From: Octopus vulgaris
Taxonomy: Eukaryota
Assembly: GCA_951406725.2 (NCBI GenBank)
Contig: OX597835.1
Span: 41,106,001-41,170,000 of the forward strand
DNA length: 64,000 nucleotides
Reading direction: 5' to 3'
Numbering within the stretch: the stretch's first letter is position 1; the number at the start of each line of letters is the position of its first letter. Below, in pieces: positions 23,037 through 35,925 of this stretch. The notes under the pieces are model-generated. The model saw only the letters and a program-made list of their open reading frames with translations. It was not told the origin of the DNA and did no database searches. A program made the translations under genes and the position numbers.

Positions 23037-25258
23037 ATGTCATCTAACTTCCTCACACACATGCACACACACACACACACACACACGAAGTGAAGGCCTG
23101 AACGTGTGATTAAGATGTTCACTTTCAACTCTGTGGTTTCATGAGCAAATGTTGTCTTCTACAGCCCTGACCCAAACAATCCTTTGTTAGTAAAAATGGT
23201 TGATGGAAACTGCAGGAAGCCTCTTATGTGTGCATCATCATCATCATCATCATATAATGTCCATTCTCGATGCTGGCATGGATTACACGTTTTGACAGGA
23301 GCCAGCAAGCTGGAGGGCAACACCTAACTCCATGTCAGTTTTTGCATGGATTCTACAGCTGGATGCCCTTCCTATGCCAACCACTTAACTGAGTGTACAG
23401 GGTTCATTATACATACATGACATCAGCTCGGGTGCTATTTATGTGATATTCCGCTGCTTTGCTTGTCACTGCCTTAGGCCAAACAGGGATAAAACTCCTG
23501 CATTCTTGGTTAACATTATCACCAAAGTGCTCTGCACTTAAAAATTTGTTGGAATAAAAAAAAATTCCTCAGAGAAACAGATTCAGATTGGTAAAACAAG
23601 CATCTGGCTGCAAAAGACTTCCTCAAGTCCTGGCTCAACCTTTGGCAGCAAGGAAAGCAAAATTTGACATTAAGCAAAAACCAAACATATACATCCAGTG
23701 TATGCTATTCAGGCAGCTTTTAATTAAAATAGCTGTCTATGCATCACATGTAATATGTATACAGAGTCAATTGGCCAGTTACTTCAGTATTTGTCCTGAG
23801 ATAACATCTCTCAAGGCCTTGCTGTGTTAAAAACACAATAACTATCAGAATGAGATGACAATCTGTTCCAGCAGTGACCAGTGAAAGCACCAGATGCATT
23901 TTGGCCTTTTTAGGTCATTTCAGTGACATACACATGCAGCTGGCTTATACATGCCACACACTTAGACAAGAATTCGTCATCTCTGATATTGGTAAAAGGG
24001 AATAAAACATGAACTATTTTCTCTTTCTGATATCTATTGTTTTTAACACAGCTTTCTGCCTTTAATAGTAATAATAATAATGATAATAATAATAATAATA
24101 ATAATAGCCCTGATGCAGTACCAGACAGTGGGTCTCATGGCTTCTGATCTTAACTGATTGGAAGTGTTATCATGTACATTGTTTTGTCTTGGTATAAAAG
24201 ATGGGCTACAGCAAATATTCTGCTCAATACCACAGATTTGCTTGTCAGTTGTTTGACCTTAACCAGTTGAGCATGTCCCTTAGTGGCTGACGATATGTGC
24301 ATCTCTGATCATGAGCAGAAGTTGTGGGGGAGCATCATAGCCATGTGTTAGGAGGGATTCTTTGACGTTTGGATAATTCACCTTTGGAAACATGGGTATT
24401 TTGTTCGACATCCTCAAACAACCTTTATTCAAGGACCTTTTGAGTGGGATGGGCTACCTGACCTGAAGAAAATTCTAACTGGGCCCCACCTGCAAGGTCA
24501 TGCACTGTTTATCTTGATATGAGACCACTATGTCACACACATATGGTTGTGATGCATGTGCCTGGTGTACCCTTATCAGATGGGTAATCTTGATGGGTAT
24601 ACTGGGCTTCGTATATTTTACCCCAGGGTCACTTTGATGGCATCCCCTGCTCTTTCACTCAATAATAATAATAATAATAGTAAGACAAGATTCCTACTCT
24701 TGGTGAAAAAATAAATTAGACAAAGTGCAATATTTTAAGCAGTAAATGTTTTCATCTTTCGTGTCCGAGGTAACACAGATTGATAATGTCTCATGTATTG
24801 TTGTTGTAACATAGTTGCCAGCATTTTAGGAGTCCCCCATGGATAATCAGTCTTAAACTCCTCTATACACATATATTGCAGACTCTGTTTGTCATAGATG
24901 ATAAATGGCAGTTCTGCAATTTCTTGCAGAACAACCCTCTCAGATAATTTGTTTACAGTGATCAAATGCCCTCCATCAAATCGATATTCCCAGTATAGAT
25001 GCAAGCTGTACTACATCTCGAATGGCAAAGTAATTGTGGAGCAATGTTAAATAAAGTGTTTTGCTCGAGAATACAAAGAATTACTTGGTCTGGGAATCGA
25101 AATCATGAACCCACAATTGAGAGTTCAACTCTGTAATCACTTCTCCACATGCCCTCACTTATATATTTACATATAAACTGATATACAAATGTATTTATTC
25201 ATAAATGTATAATAATAATAATAATAATGAAATTATTGTATACAAATTATTGTATATA

Positions 25259-25646
25259 GGCCCAGGAGTGGCTGTGTGGTAAGTAGCTTGTTTACCAACC
25301 ACATGGTTCATGGTTCAGTCCCACTACGTGGCACCTTGGGCAAGTGTCTTCTACTATAGCCTCGGGCCGACCAAAGCCTTGTGAGTGGAAACTGAAAGAA
25401 GCCCGTCGTATATATGTATATATATATATGTATGTGTTTGTGTGTCTGTGTTTGTCCTCCCAACGTCGCTTGACAACTGATGCTGGTGTGTTTACGTCGC
25501 TGCAACTTAGCGGTTCGGCAAAAGAGACCGATAGAATAAGTACTAGGCTTACAAAGAATAAGTTCTGGGGTCGATTTGCTCGACTAAAGGCAGTGCTCCA
25601 GCAAGGCCACAGTCAAATGACTGAAATAAGTAAAAGAGTAAAGAGA
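25259..25646 (+). mobile_element. SINE family 1, inserted in a CR1 tail fragment
   Basis: Full-length match. The CR1 3'-end sequence (aaattattgtatac / agtgctcaggtgcaccac) lies on either side. Confidence 0.85.
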
Positions 25647-27173
25647 GTGCTCAGGTGCACCACAACTTGTCAAAAGTGCGTATAAAGCATTTGCAGTAAT
25701 GTACAAATGCCCGTATTCATATAGGTGTGTGTGTGTATTTGTGAAGGTTCATGGTCTTGTGGTTAGGGTGCAGGGCTCTTGATCATAAAACCTTAGGTTC
25801 GATAACTGGATTGAGCAGTACAAAATCAATGCATCTTAAAAACAACGCGGCTATAATTCAAGGGACACAACTGGATTACAAGTTATTTCCCTTTTCCGTC
25901 TTTCAAATATTTTTCGTTTTATTCTTATTTTTCTTTCAAACTGACAAATACTCGATCCCTTGGTCACTTAATATGAATAAACAAATAGCCTCAGTGAGAT
26001 TTTTACCACTTTCCGTTTATTAATGAGAAAACAAAATATAATTTGCATTGGGCAAATAGTCTGTTGAGGAAAGTCACGTAGAATGTTGGGTAGACAGACA
26101 CACACACAGAGATGCTAGTTAAGTATTAGTCGTTGTTTGACAACTAGACTGATCAACAGGAATTTTTTGCAACATCCACTGACGAAACTATTACTTACAT
26201 AAAAACTAACCATACCAGTAGGGGGGGGGGGGGGCATTCGCATTTAAAATAATAATAACGAAATTATTGTATACAGTGCTCACGTGCACCACAACTTGTC
26301 AACTTTTATCAGTTATTGAAACCATGTCAAACACTCAATTACAGAGAGCTTTTTTATTAATTTTCATCCCAGGCAATTTCATGGATGAAATACATATTTC
26401 TTTAAACTAGATTTAGGTGCAACACCAACTTTCTAGACACTGATGGCCCAGAACCTCTCTTAACTCTCTCTCTCTACACTACGTGGTTTCTGGTCCAGTC
26501 TAGGCCTCGAAACCGGTTTTATAAAACCGGTTAAACCCGGTTCTATATTACGATCAGTCAAACCGAAACCGATTTGCCAAAACCGATTTTAAGGCTTGCT
26601 CTTTCGGATCTTTTCAATAAAAGATGTTTTATGTAACACATTCTACCAGTATACAAAGTTTAAAAGTGTTTAGTTACAAATAACTATTTTTTAAATGTGC
26701 TGGTCAAAGTGAAAAGATCCGTCGTTTCTTTTTTTTTTTTTTTTCACAAAACATCTCTCCATTTTTTCTTTTCAAGAAATATCGTTGAAACTGAACTAAC
26801 TGAACTGTTGTCGGTCGTCTTTAGTTGAGAGTGCTGTCTGTTTCATTGAAACATATCGCAACATATCAATTCTCACCTTCTTTCCCCTTGAACCTTAGAT
26901 CAGCACCTTGTCATCTCCTTCGCTAATCCCTGGCTGACTCTTTGAATTTGCAGGTAACTGAGTTTATTCAGAGTCAAGGGGATGCTGTTAGTCTTCAGTC
27001 GGGTGATCTTTCCCGTTGAGCATATGTAATAACCAGTTCCAGATTCATTCCAAGGAAGTAACACTAAATTTTTTTGAAGTGAAGAGATCGCTATAACAGA
27101 CGATAATGATCGCCATGACAGACGATAGTGATGATGAAGCTGACATAAGCCAACAAGACATTGTCAAACAGAT

Positions 27174-27773
27174 TTGGCTCACGAAAATGCTTGTTTTCTC
27201 CAGCTAAAACCTGAATTCAACAAAGTTTTAAATAAGGTAAGAAAAATATCAAAACTTTTCCATAAATCTCCTACAAAAAATGAAATTTTGCAAGATTTTG
27301 TACGAGCGAACTTTGATAATAGAGAATATAAACTTCTACTGGATTGCAGAACTCGGTGGAATAGCACATTCCATATGATTGAGAGATTTTTGAAATTGAA
27401 AAGCTGCATTCTAAGTGCTCTACGAGCAGAACTTTCCACAGATGCCGTCACTGACGAAGGATGGAAATCTCTCAATTTACTATATGAAATTCTGCATTCA
27501 GTAGGAATTATTTTGAAGGCTATTTGGGCTGATGATACGGGTTTAGTGAAAGTGGAATATTCTACAGAATTTTTATTGAATAAACGTAATATCGCTGGCA
27601 ACCCTTTGATTCTAAATCTTCGTGAAAGACTTATGTATAGATATAATAAGAGAAGAAATGTCGAAACCTTGACTCTCTTGAGGTATTTACATAACCCAAA
27701 GAAATTTAAAGGTGAGTCAATTTCTGGACCTTTTCTATTTTTTAACGAAACAACATTTAAGGAAGTATGCTGA
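27174..27773 (+). pseudogene. hAT transposase fragment
   Basis: KVRKISKLFHKSP...LLLDCRTRWNSTFHMIERFL is the hAT 'D..TRWNST..M..R' block. The N-terminal and dimerisation regions are missing or disrupted; a probable further piece lies at about 28585-28686. Confidence 0.85.
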
Positions 27774-27888
27774 ACAAACATATTGGAGATTATTTCCTGA
27801 ACATGATGCTGAGAACACAACAGAATTATACGAAGAAAATGAATAGGAGGGAACCTAAAAACAAGTGTTACTGTTGTCCCACCTACTT

Positions 27889-28584
27889 ATAATAATAATA
27901 ATAATGATGATGATGATGAAATTATTGTATACAGTGCTCAGGTGCACCACAACTTGTCAGAAAGTGCATATAAAGTATATGCAGTAATGTACAAATGTCT
28001 GGGAAGCGAACAATGTATGAGTCAGATATATGCTTGTGTGTGTATGGAGGGGAGAAAATCAGGTGTAGTGTTGGCGAATCTCAGGAAGCATGGAAGTTTT
28101 GAAGGATGCAGTGCTCTGACAAGTAACAACTGATGCCGGCAGTTTGTTCCATGCTTCAGCAACTCTCAGCGTGAAAAAATGTTTCCGAAAGTCATGGGAG
28201 CTGTGCTGTTTTCTGACTTTGTAAATATGTCCACGGGTGTTAGACGGGTGGAGTTTGAAAAGGTTTGTAAGATGGTTGATAATTTTATGGGTGTCTGCCA
28301 AGTCAGCTGCCAGACGTCGGAGTTTCAGTGTGTCCATGCCCAGGGAAGTAAGGCATTCAGAATATGGCAAATGCCTGATGGAGGGTATTCTTTTGGTTGC
28401 ACGTCGCTGAACGGCTTCCAGACGATTAATATCCTGGGCAAGATAGGGGTTCCAGACCGGTGATGCAAACTCCAGGTGAGGTCTTACCATAGCTATATAA
28501 AGCCACAGATAGATAGCTGGAGAGCGGCTCATGAAGGACTTGGTAAGTGATGCCAAGACACCCTCAGCCTTCTTGGCAATTTTT
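27889..28584 (-). mobile_element. 5'-truncated CR1-group LINE nested in the hAT element
   Basis: ORF 28059-28556 encodes YIAMVRPHLEFASPVWNPY...LEAVQRRATK...TRGH...HFF.LRV...WNKLP..VV, the CR1/L2 ORF2 C-terminus. Ends in an (ATT)n tail. Confidence 0.9.
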
Positions 28585-28686
28585 TATGAAGGTAATGAAC
28601 TAATTCGTGAATACACAAGCGCAATGAAGAAAATGAATGAAGAGCCCAAGATGGTAACAGATGGATTTGAAATCTCTAAAGAATTT

Positions 28687-29022
28687 GGGTACTATTTAAG
28701 AAGAGTGGTCCGGTGCACATACTCGCGCATCCGCGCTAGCTAGTCGTGACTAGTCGATCCTACAACGACTACCTAGCAAAGTAAATAAAGCACAAAATAA
28801 ATAATTTTTTTACACAAAGTAAATAATTTTTTGGATCTTTTCCTTTTGAACGGCACTTTATAACATAATTTCTGGGTAACTAAAAAGTTTTAAACTTCGT
28901 ATACTGGTAGAATGTGTTTATAAAACATCCAATTTTTTTAAAACAAAGTAAATAAAACACAAAGTAAGGATCGACTAGTCATGACTAGCGCGCACCGGGA
29001 CCACTCTTCTTAAGTAGTACCC
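28687..29022. mobile_element. MITE with long TIRs nested in the hAT element
   Basis: GGGTACTATTTAAGAAGAGTGGTCC ... GGACCACTCTTCTTAAGTAGTACCC, plus an inner inverted ctagtc(g/a)tgactagtcgatcct. No TSD is visible. Confidence 0.75.
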
Positions 29023-29664
29023 GCGAAAACCGGGTTTTACCGGTTTTGAGAATTACTTATATTTGAACTCGGTTTTGGGAATTATCGGTTTTTTGCGAGC
29101 CCTAGTCCAGTCCCACTGCATGGAACCTCAGAAAGGTGTCTTCTATTATAACCCTGAGCTGAACGAAACAACCAGTAAAAACAGGCTGAAGCTAATTTCT
29201 TTTACTCAGCCATGACAGGTAATTTATCTTTCGACACCTGGAAAATTCTTTAACACAAAACCATTTAGTAACAGGAATTGGTCATTGAGATGAAATTATT
29301 ATATTCTTTAAATAATATACCTGCTCAGTTATTTAATATAACAGTGCATTTATTTGACTTATAAAAACTTATTAGACAATCTGTGTGTTTGTGTGTGTGT
29401 TGGTACCTGTCTGAGTTTATGTTTACACCTGTCTAAACCCAGGTTAATTGTTAATGCTGTGGGATCTTTTCCTTTTGAACGCCAGTTTGTAACATAATTT
29501 CTAGGTAACTAAAAAGTTTTAAACTTCGTATACTGGTAGAACACTGACCCTGCTCCACATGACAGAGAACAGAGACCAGTGGTGATAGCATCTGGAGTGA
29601 GACCCCAATGACTGGCTGAATCAGTTAAGGGATCTTGATGATGATGATGATATGTATATGTATA

Positions 29665-30076
29665 TACTCTTTTACTTGTTTCAGTCATTTGACTGCGGCC
29701 ATGCTGGAGCACTGCCTTTAGTCGAGCAACTCGACCCCGGGACTTATTCTTTTTGTAAGCCAAGTACTTATTCTATCGGTCTCTTTTTGCCGAACCGCTA
29801 AGTAACGGGGACGTAAACACACCAGCATCGGTTGTCAAGCAATGCTAGGGGAACAAACACAGACACACATACACACACACACATTCATATATATATATAT
29901 ATATACATATATACGACAGGCTTCTTTCAGTTTCCGTCTACCAAATCCACTCACAAGGCATTGGTCGGCCCGAGGCTATAGTAGAAGACACTTGCCCAAG
30001 GTGCCATGCAGTGGGACTGAACCCGGAACCATGTGGTTGGTAAACAAGCTACTTACCACACAGCCACTCCTGCGCC
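29665..30076 (-). mobile_element. SINE family 1
   Basis: Full-length match, flanked by tatgtatatgtata on both sides. Confidence 0.85.
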
Positions 30077-30599
30077 TATGTATATGTATATGTATATACA
30101 AATGTATGCATGCTTGTATGTACATGTATGTCATTATTCAGTTTTATTTCCAGATTTCTTGCTAAAAGAGAAAGAGCCAGGTTTTTTTAACGTAGATCCA
30201 AGGCTCCTTCATTGGAATTTCAACAACATCAACAGGGTATTTTAATGTGTGTGTGTGTGTGTGTTTGTGTGTGTATGTGTGTGTGTGTGTGTGTGTTTGT
30301 GTGTAAAGGTGCATGGCTGAGTGGCTGGGGTGTTGTTTTTCACAATTGGTAGGTCAAGTGTTTGATTCCTGTGTTCTTGAACAAAACACTTCATTCCATG
30401 TTGCCCCAGTCCACTCAGCTGTAAATAGGTCACTCCCTGCAATGGAATGGCCTTCTGATCACGAGTCATGTTGGCCTACTTGCCTAACCAGTGGAATGAC
30501 ATCATTTGAAGGCTAAAACAATGCGAAGTGCATTGTAACCAGTGATGTATAACAACATCTGATAATCTGGTCAATAGTGTGATATTATGGTATAACAAA

Positions 30600-32060
30600 T
30601 CACAAGTTCCTCCAGGTAGATTGCCCTGCTCAATATGTAGAAAAGGTGTACTCCATAAGGTGTACCAGGTGCAAACTATGGACACATAAGAGGTGCAGCA
30701 ATATCAGAGGAAGGTTAACAGGGAAAACAGTCTTTGTGTGTAGTAGATGCACGGGTACAGTAAACATTAGAAATATACAGAAAATAGACCCCATCAAATG
30801 TTAGGCAGGGATACCTAGAAGTACAGTTCTATATTTAAGAGATGAGGAATTATGTACATTATTTACAATTGACGGATATTTGTCCACAACGTTTTGGCTG
30901 ATGTACCCTCCAGCCTTCATCAGGTGTCTTGGGGAAATTTCGAACCTGCGTTCTCATTCCTAAGGTATTTTTCGATGTTATTATTATGCCCACAGGCATA
31001 TGGCATAGTGGTTAAGAGCATGGGCTACTAAGCCCAAGATTCCGAGTTCGATTCCAGGCAGTGATCTGAATAATAATAATAATAACAACAGCAGCAACAA
31101 CAACAACAACAACCTTAGAATACCTTAGAAATGAGAACCCAGGTTCGAAATTTCTCCCAGATACTTGATGAAAGCTGGAGGGTACATCAGCCAAAACGTT
31201 GTGTTAACAACAAACAAGATGAGGACAAATATCCTTTGAATGTAAATAATGTAAGTAATGTACCTAGAAGTAGTTGATAGCTTCCATTATCTGGGTGACC
31301 AAGTCATCAGTGGAGGTGGATGCTTCTAGAGCATAGCTGCTAGAATAAGAATAGGCTGAGCAAAGTTCAGAAAAATTTCTACCTTTGTTGACAACAAAAG
31401 GTCTCTCCCTTAGAATGAAAGGCAAGTTATATGATTCCTGTGTGTGAACAGCCATGCTATATGGCAGTGAAACATGGGCTGTGAGTGCTGAGGACATGCA
31501 TTGGCTTGAACAAAATGAATCTAGTGTGTTCCACTGGATGTGCAATGTCAGTGTGTGTAGACGACTGAGTGTTAGTGTCTTGAGAGAAAAAACTGGGCAT
31601 AAGAGGCATCATATGCGGTGTGTCTGCACTGGTTTGGTCATGTGATGCATATGGATGAGGAGAGCTGCATAAAGAAGTGTCAACCTCTAACTGGAGGAAG
31701 TAGCCCCAGGAAGAGATGAGATGAGGTGGTGAAGTATGATCTTTGAATATGGGGTCTCATGGAGGAGATGACAAGTGACTGAGACCTTTGGTGATTTGCT
31801 TGAGAAGACATGTCAAACTAAATGGAATTGTAGTTGTGGCTGGTGTCAGTGGCACATAAAAGGTACCTGTGTTGGTGACATGTAAAAGCACCCCTGTGCT
31901 AGGGACAAGTAAAAGGCACTCACTACACTCTTGTAGTGACTGGTGCTAGGAAGGGCATTGATTGGAACCTGGTGCAGCTCTCTGGTTTACCAGTTCCAGT
32001 CAAGCCATCTAACCCATGCCAGCATGGAAAGCAGACGTTAAATGATGATGATGATGATGT
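30600..32060 (+). mobile_element. RTE-clade LINE 3' remnant including 3' UTR and (GAT)n tail, interrupted at 30824-31260
   Basis: MLYGSETWAV...WMCNVSV, homologous to the 39576 copy. The ORF end is followed by gcac/taaaag units and ...cagcatggaaagcagacgttaaatgatgatg. Confidence 0.85.
30824..31260. mobile_element. 437-bp composite retroelement: inverted hammerhead-bearing arms around a tRNA-like head (candidate Penelope-mobilised SINE)
   Basis: 12-bp TSD tacctagaagta at 30812-30823 and 31261-31272 splits an RTE remnant. Arms at about 30824-30987 and 31112-31260 are inverted copies. A box TGGCATAGTGG at 31001, B box GAGTTCGATTCC at 31044. Confidence 0.7.
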
Positions 32061-32129
32061 AGGCACACACACACACACACGTGCACACATGTGTGTGCAT
32101 TTATATGTCTATGTATGTCTATGTGTAGT

Positions 32130-32380
32130 GGAGGTGCGTGGCTTAGTGATGAGGGTGTCAGCATCATGATCGTAAGATTGTGGTTTCGATTCCTGGACTG
32201 GGCAATGCATTGTGTTCTTGAGCAAAACACTTCATTTCATGTTGCTCCAGTCCACTCAGCTGGCAAAAATGGGTAACGCTGCGATGGACTGGCGTCCTGT
32301 CCAGCCGGGGAACACATACGCCATGGAAACCGGGAAACCGGGCCCATGAGCCTGGGTAGGCTTTAAAAAGGGCGCAAAAA
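32130..32380 (+). mobile_element. SINE family 3 (tRNA head, CORE-like segment and V-domain-like segment)
   Basis: TGGCTTAGTG A box, GGTTTCGATTCC B box, tgtgttcttgagcaaaacactt, and ctgcgatggactggcgtcctgtccag (V-SINE-like, from recall). Related heads with different tails at 13515-13850 and 30306-30585. Confidence 0.7.
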
Positions 32381-33045
32381 AAAATGAATATGTGTATATG
32401 TCTATGTATGTGCGTGTGTATGAGTAAGTAACTGAGCACTGTAGGGTGGTAAAAATATAATTTATACCGAGAAATTAATCAACACAACAACAACAACAGC
32501 AGCAACAAACAACAACAACAAGAACTGTATATTAATGAAGCAGTTAAGCATAATGAGTCTGACGTATGACATAAATTTCTTGCTCAAGGTCATGATCAGA
32601 AAATAGAGAGAAATGGTTGCTATTGGGTTTCAAGACAAGATCTCAAATGGAGCTTTACCATTTTTTCATGTGATGGCACCAACCACAAATGCTTCTGGAA
32701 TTTTGCAGAATATTCTATCCTTTGGGGATTTTTGTATTGCCATATCAAACCATTCCTCTGGTGTCTTCCCACCTCGTTAGATTAACAGGTGAGAGGATGG
32801 AATCGGAATATAAGGAATTGTGGAATGTGATGTATGTATACGTGTGTGTGTGTGTGTAACTTCCTTTTTGTATGTGGGTATGTATGTATATATGATATAT
32901 GTGTGTGTGTGTATATATATATATATACACACACACACATATACACATGTATATATGTAATATATGTATGCATGAATGTATGTAAAAGGATACTTTTAAA
33001 TGATATATACATATACATGCATGTGTGTATGTAAGCGTGTATGTA

Positions 33046-33094
<49 letters not shown>

Positions 33095-35179
33095 GTATGT
33101 GTGCGTATGTATATGTACGCACATATATATATAGAGAGAGAGAGAAAGAAAGAGATAGATTCATAGAAAGATATTTGTGAGTGTGTGTGTGTGTATATAT
33201 GATGTCTTTGAATATGTATTTATATCTGTGTGTCTGTATGTGTGCATCATATGAGGAGTGGGGTGTGAACTCCAAGGCCTAAAAAATAAAAAAGAAAAAG
33301 AAAAACAAAATAACTAAAAGTAAAAACAAAACGAAAAGAAAAACAAACACAGTAAGCAAAAAACAAGACAAAAACAAAAAAACAAGACAAAAACAAAAAA
33401 CAAACAAAAAACAACAAAATGAATACAAACAAAAAGGCAAGAAGTGTAATCTAAAGAAGTAATTGGGTGTAAGAAGTACTTTTAAGAGTCTCTCTCTCTC
33501 TGGTCTCTTTCTGTTGATGTGGTGCTTAATTTACAGGTATTTCTCCATCATAGATGACACAGTCAGTTAATAATAACAACAATAATAATAACAACAACAA
33601 TAATAATAACAATAATAATAATAATAATAATAGAATTAACTAGAGTAGAGTAGTAAATATAGCAATCTAGCACTAGTTCGCTAAACACTATCCAGGGATT
33701 AACTCCTGTTGCTGAAAGTACATTAGTCATTTCTCTCACTCCTAGTTCTGTTACTCAAAATGACTAAACGTTACTTACAACCAATCTTTCACTACCAATA
33801 AACTACTGTTTCGTTTTTTTTTCTTTGTTTTTGTTATTGTGTTTGATTTTTTTCTATTCCTCTTTTTTTTTTGTTTTTTGTCTTTATAGAAAATACTTAC
33901 TGGAAGAAATTCTTTTTTTTTTTTTTTTTCTTAGGTGAGGGCATGACTAGTATGGTTAAGAAACTCACTTTGCAATCACATGACTTTTGGGTTCACTCCC
34001 ACCGTGCAGAAACATTTGTGTGTGTGTGTGTGTGTGTGTGTGCATATATATGTGTTTGTGTGAATATAATAATAATAATGATGAAATTATTGTATACAGT
34101 GCTCAGGTGCACCACAATTAAACATAAACACAGGTGAAATACCGTTAAGCATTTTGCCTGACACACTAACATTTCTGCCAGCTCGTCTGTCTGTTTGTAT
34201 GTGTTTGTTGCGTGTGCATGTGTATTTTGTGTGCAATATACATATTTCTTTTACTGGTTTCACTCATTTGACTGCGGCCATGCTGGAGCACCGCCTTTAA
34301 TCGAGCAACTCGACCCCGGGACTTATTCTTTTGTAAGCCCAGTACTTATTCTATCGGTGTCTTTTGCCGAACCGCTAAGTGACAGGGACATAACCACACT
34401 AGCATCGGTTGTCAAGCAATGCTAGGGGGACAAACACAGACACGCAAACATACACGCACACATATATATACATATATACGACAGGCTTCTTTCAGTTTCC
34501 GTCTATCAAATCCACTCACAAGGCATTGGTCAGCCCGAGGCTATAGCAGAAGACACTTGCCCAAGATGCCACGCAGTGGGACTGAACCCGGAACCATGTA
34601 GTTGGTTAGCAAACTACGCACATATATCAGTAAAATAACAAAATAGGAGGAATCCCCCCCCCCCCATTCCCTGGCATAAAGCTGCCCCCCTCCCATTTCC
34701 TTCAGGTTTCGTAGCCCTGAAAACTGCATGATGATCCAACAGTGCCGGTGACATGAAAAAAAAGCACCCACTCCACACTGTAAAGGGATTAACATTAGGA
34801 AGGGCATCCAACAGTAAAACCCATGCCAATACAGACAAGTGGAGTATGATGCAGTCCCTGGACACATCAGATCCTGTCAAACTGTGTGGCCCCCAGCTTA
34901 GAACATAGACATTACATGATAATAATGTATTTCTTTACTACCCACAGAGGGCTTAACATAATGGGGACAAACAAGGACAGACAAACGGATTAAAACGATT
35001 ACATCGACCCCAGTGCATAACTGGTACTTAATTTATCTACCCCGAAAGGATGAAAGGCAAAGTCGACCTCGCTACATGATAATAATGATGATGATGGTGA
35101 TGATGATGACAATGGCTTCTAAATATATGGAAAAGAAAGTTGAGTAACCATTGTGTAATTCAGGTTCAAAGGCCCATCA

Positions 35180-35925
35180 TCAGGAGTGTATGCTTTAGAG
35201 AAAAACTGGGGTATACGAGGGATCAGATATAGTGTGCAAAAGAGGGAACTGTGCTGGTATGGTCATGTAATGCATATGAATGAAGACAGTTGCATCAAGG
35301 TGTGCCGATCTCTGATTGTGGAGGAAAATGTGAAGGGACAGATCCAGGAAGACATGGGACAAAGTGGTGAGAAAGGATCTTCAGATGCTGGGCCTCACAG
35401 AGAGGATGACAGGGGACCAAGACTGCGAGCAGTTTGCTGTGCTTGAGAAAACATGCCAAGCTAAGTAAAATCGTGGTTGTCCTTGCATATGAGCATGTCC
35501 CCTGCATCCCTTTCTAGCTGAGCATTCCTAATCTATTTCGTCTGCCGTTACGTTCTGAGTTCAAATTCCGCCGAGGTCGACTTTGCCTTTCATCCTTTTG
35601 GGGTCGATAAATTAAGTACTAGTTATGCACTGGGGTCGATGTAATCGACTTAATCCGTTTGTCTGTCCTTGTTTATCCCATCTGTGTTTAGCCCCTTGTG
35701 GGTAGTAAAGAAATAGGTGTTGGTGCCGCATAAAAAACGCCTGTACTGATGCCAGGTAAATGCTCTCATGTCAGTGTTGTGTAAAAGCACCCAGTACACT
35801 CTGTAAAGTGGTTGGCATTAAGAAGGGCATCCAGACATGGAGCCTGGACAACTCTTCGGCTGGCCAGCTCCAATCAAACCGTCCACCCCATGTCAGCATG
35901 GAGAACTGACATTAAATGGTGATGA
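35180..35925 (+). mobile_element. RTE LINE 3' remnant interrupted by a Meta-like SINE fragment (about 35530-35717)
   Basis: L.WYGHVM.M.EDSCIK.C motif, followed by the same 3' UTR and tail as the 30600 copy. Confidence 0.8.

Larger units (their letters stand above)
26501..29104 (+). mobile_element. Decayed hAT DNA transposon with nested insertions
   Basis: 8-bp TSD gtccagtc at 26493-26500 and 29105-29112. Imperfect TIRs TAGGCCTCG.../...CGAGCCCTA and subterminal AACCG(G) repeats at both ends. It is inserted into a SINE head. Confidence 0.88.

Noticed and set aside
24735-25004. 89-aa minus-strand ORF in unique-looking sequence
   Set aside because: No recognisable domain, a non-ATG start and a weak acceptor context. 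It may be a decayed transposon.
30995-31068. Functional tRNA gene (also the heads at 13515, 19933, 32130 and 47499)
   Set aside because: A and B boxes are present, but no proper acceptor stem or cloverleaf forms and each is fused to repeat bodies, so they are SINE heads.
32669-32780. Minus-strand peptide GKTPEEWFDMAIQKSPKDRIFCKIPEAFVVGAIT-stop as a terminal exon
   Set aside because: It looks protein-like but is short and unrecognised, with a weak acceptor and no partner exons found.
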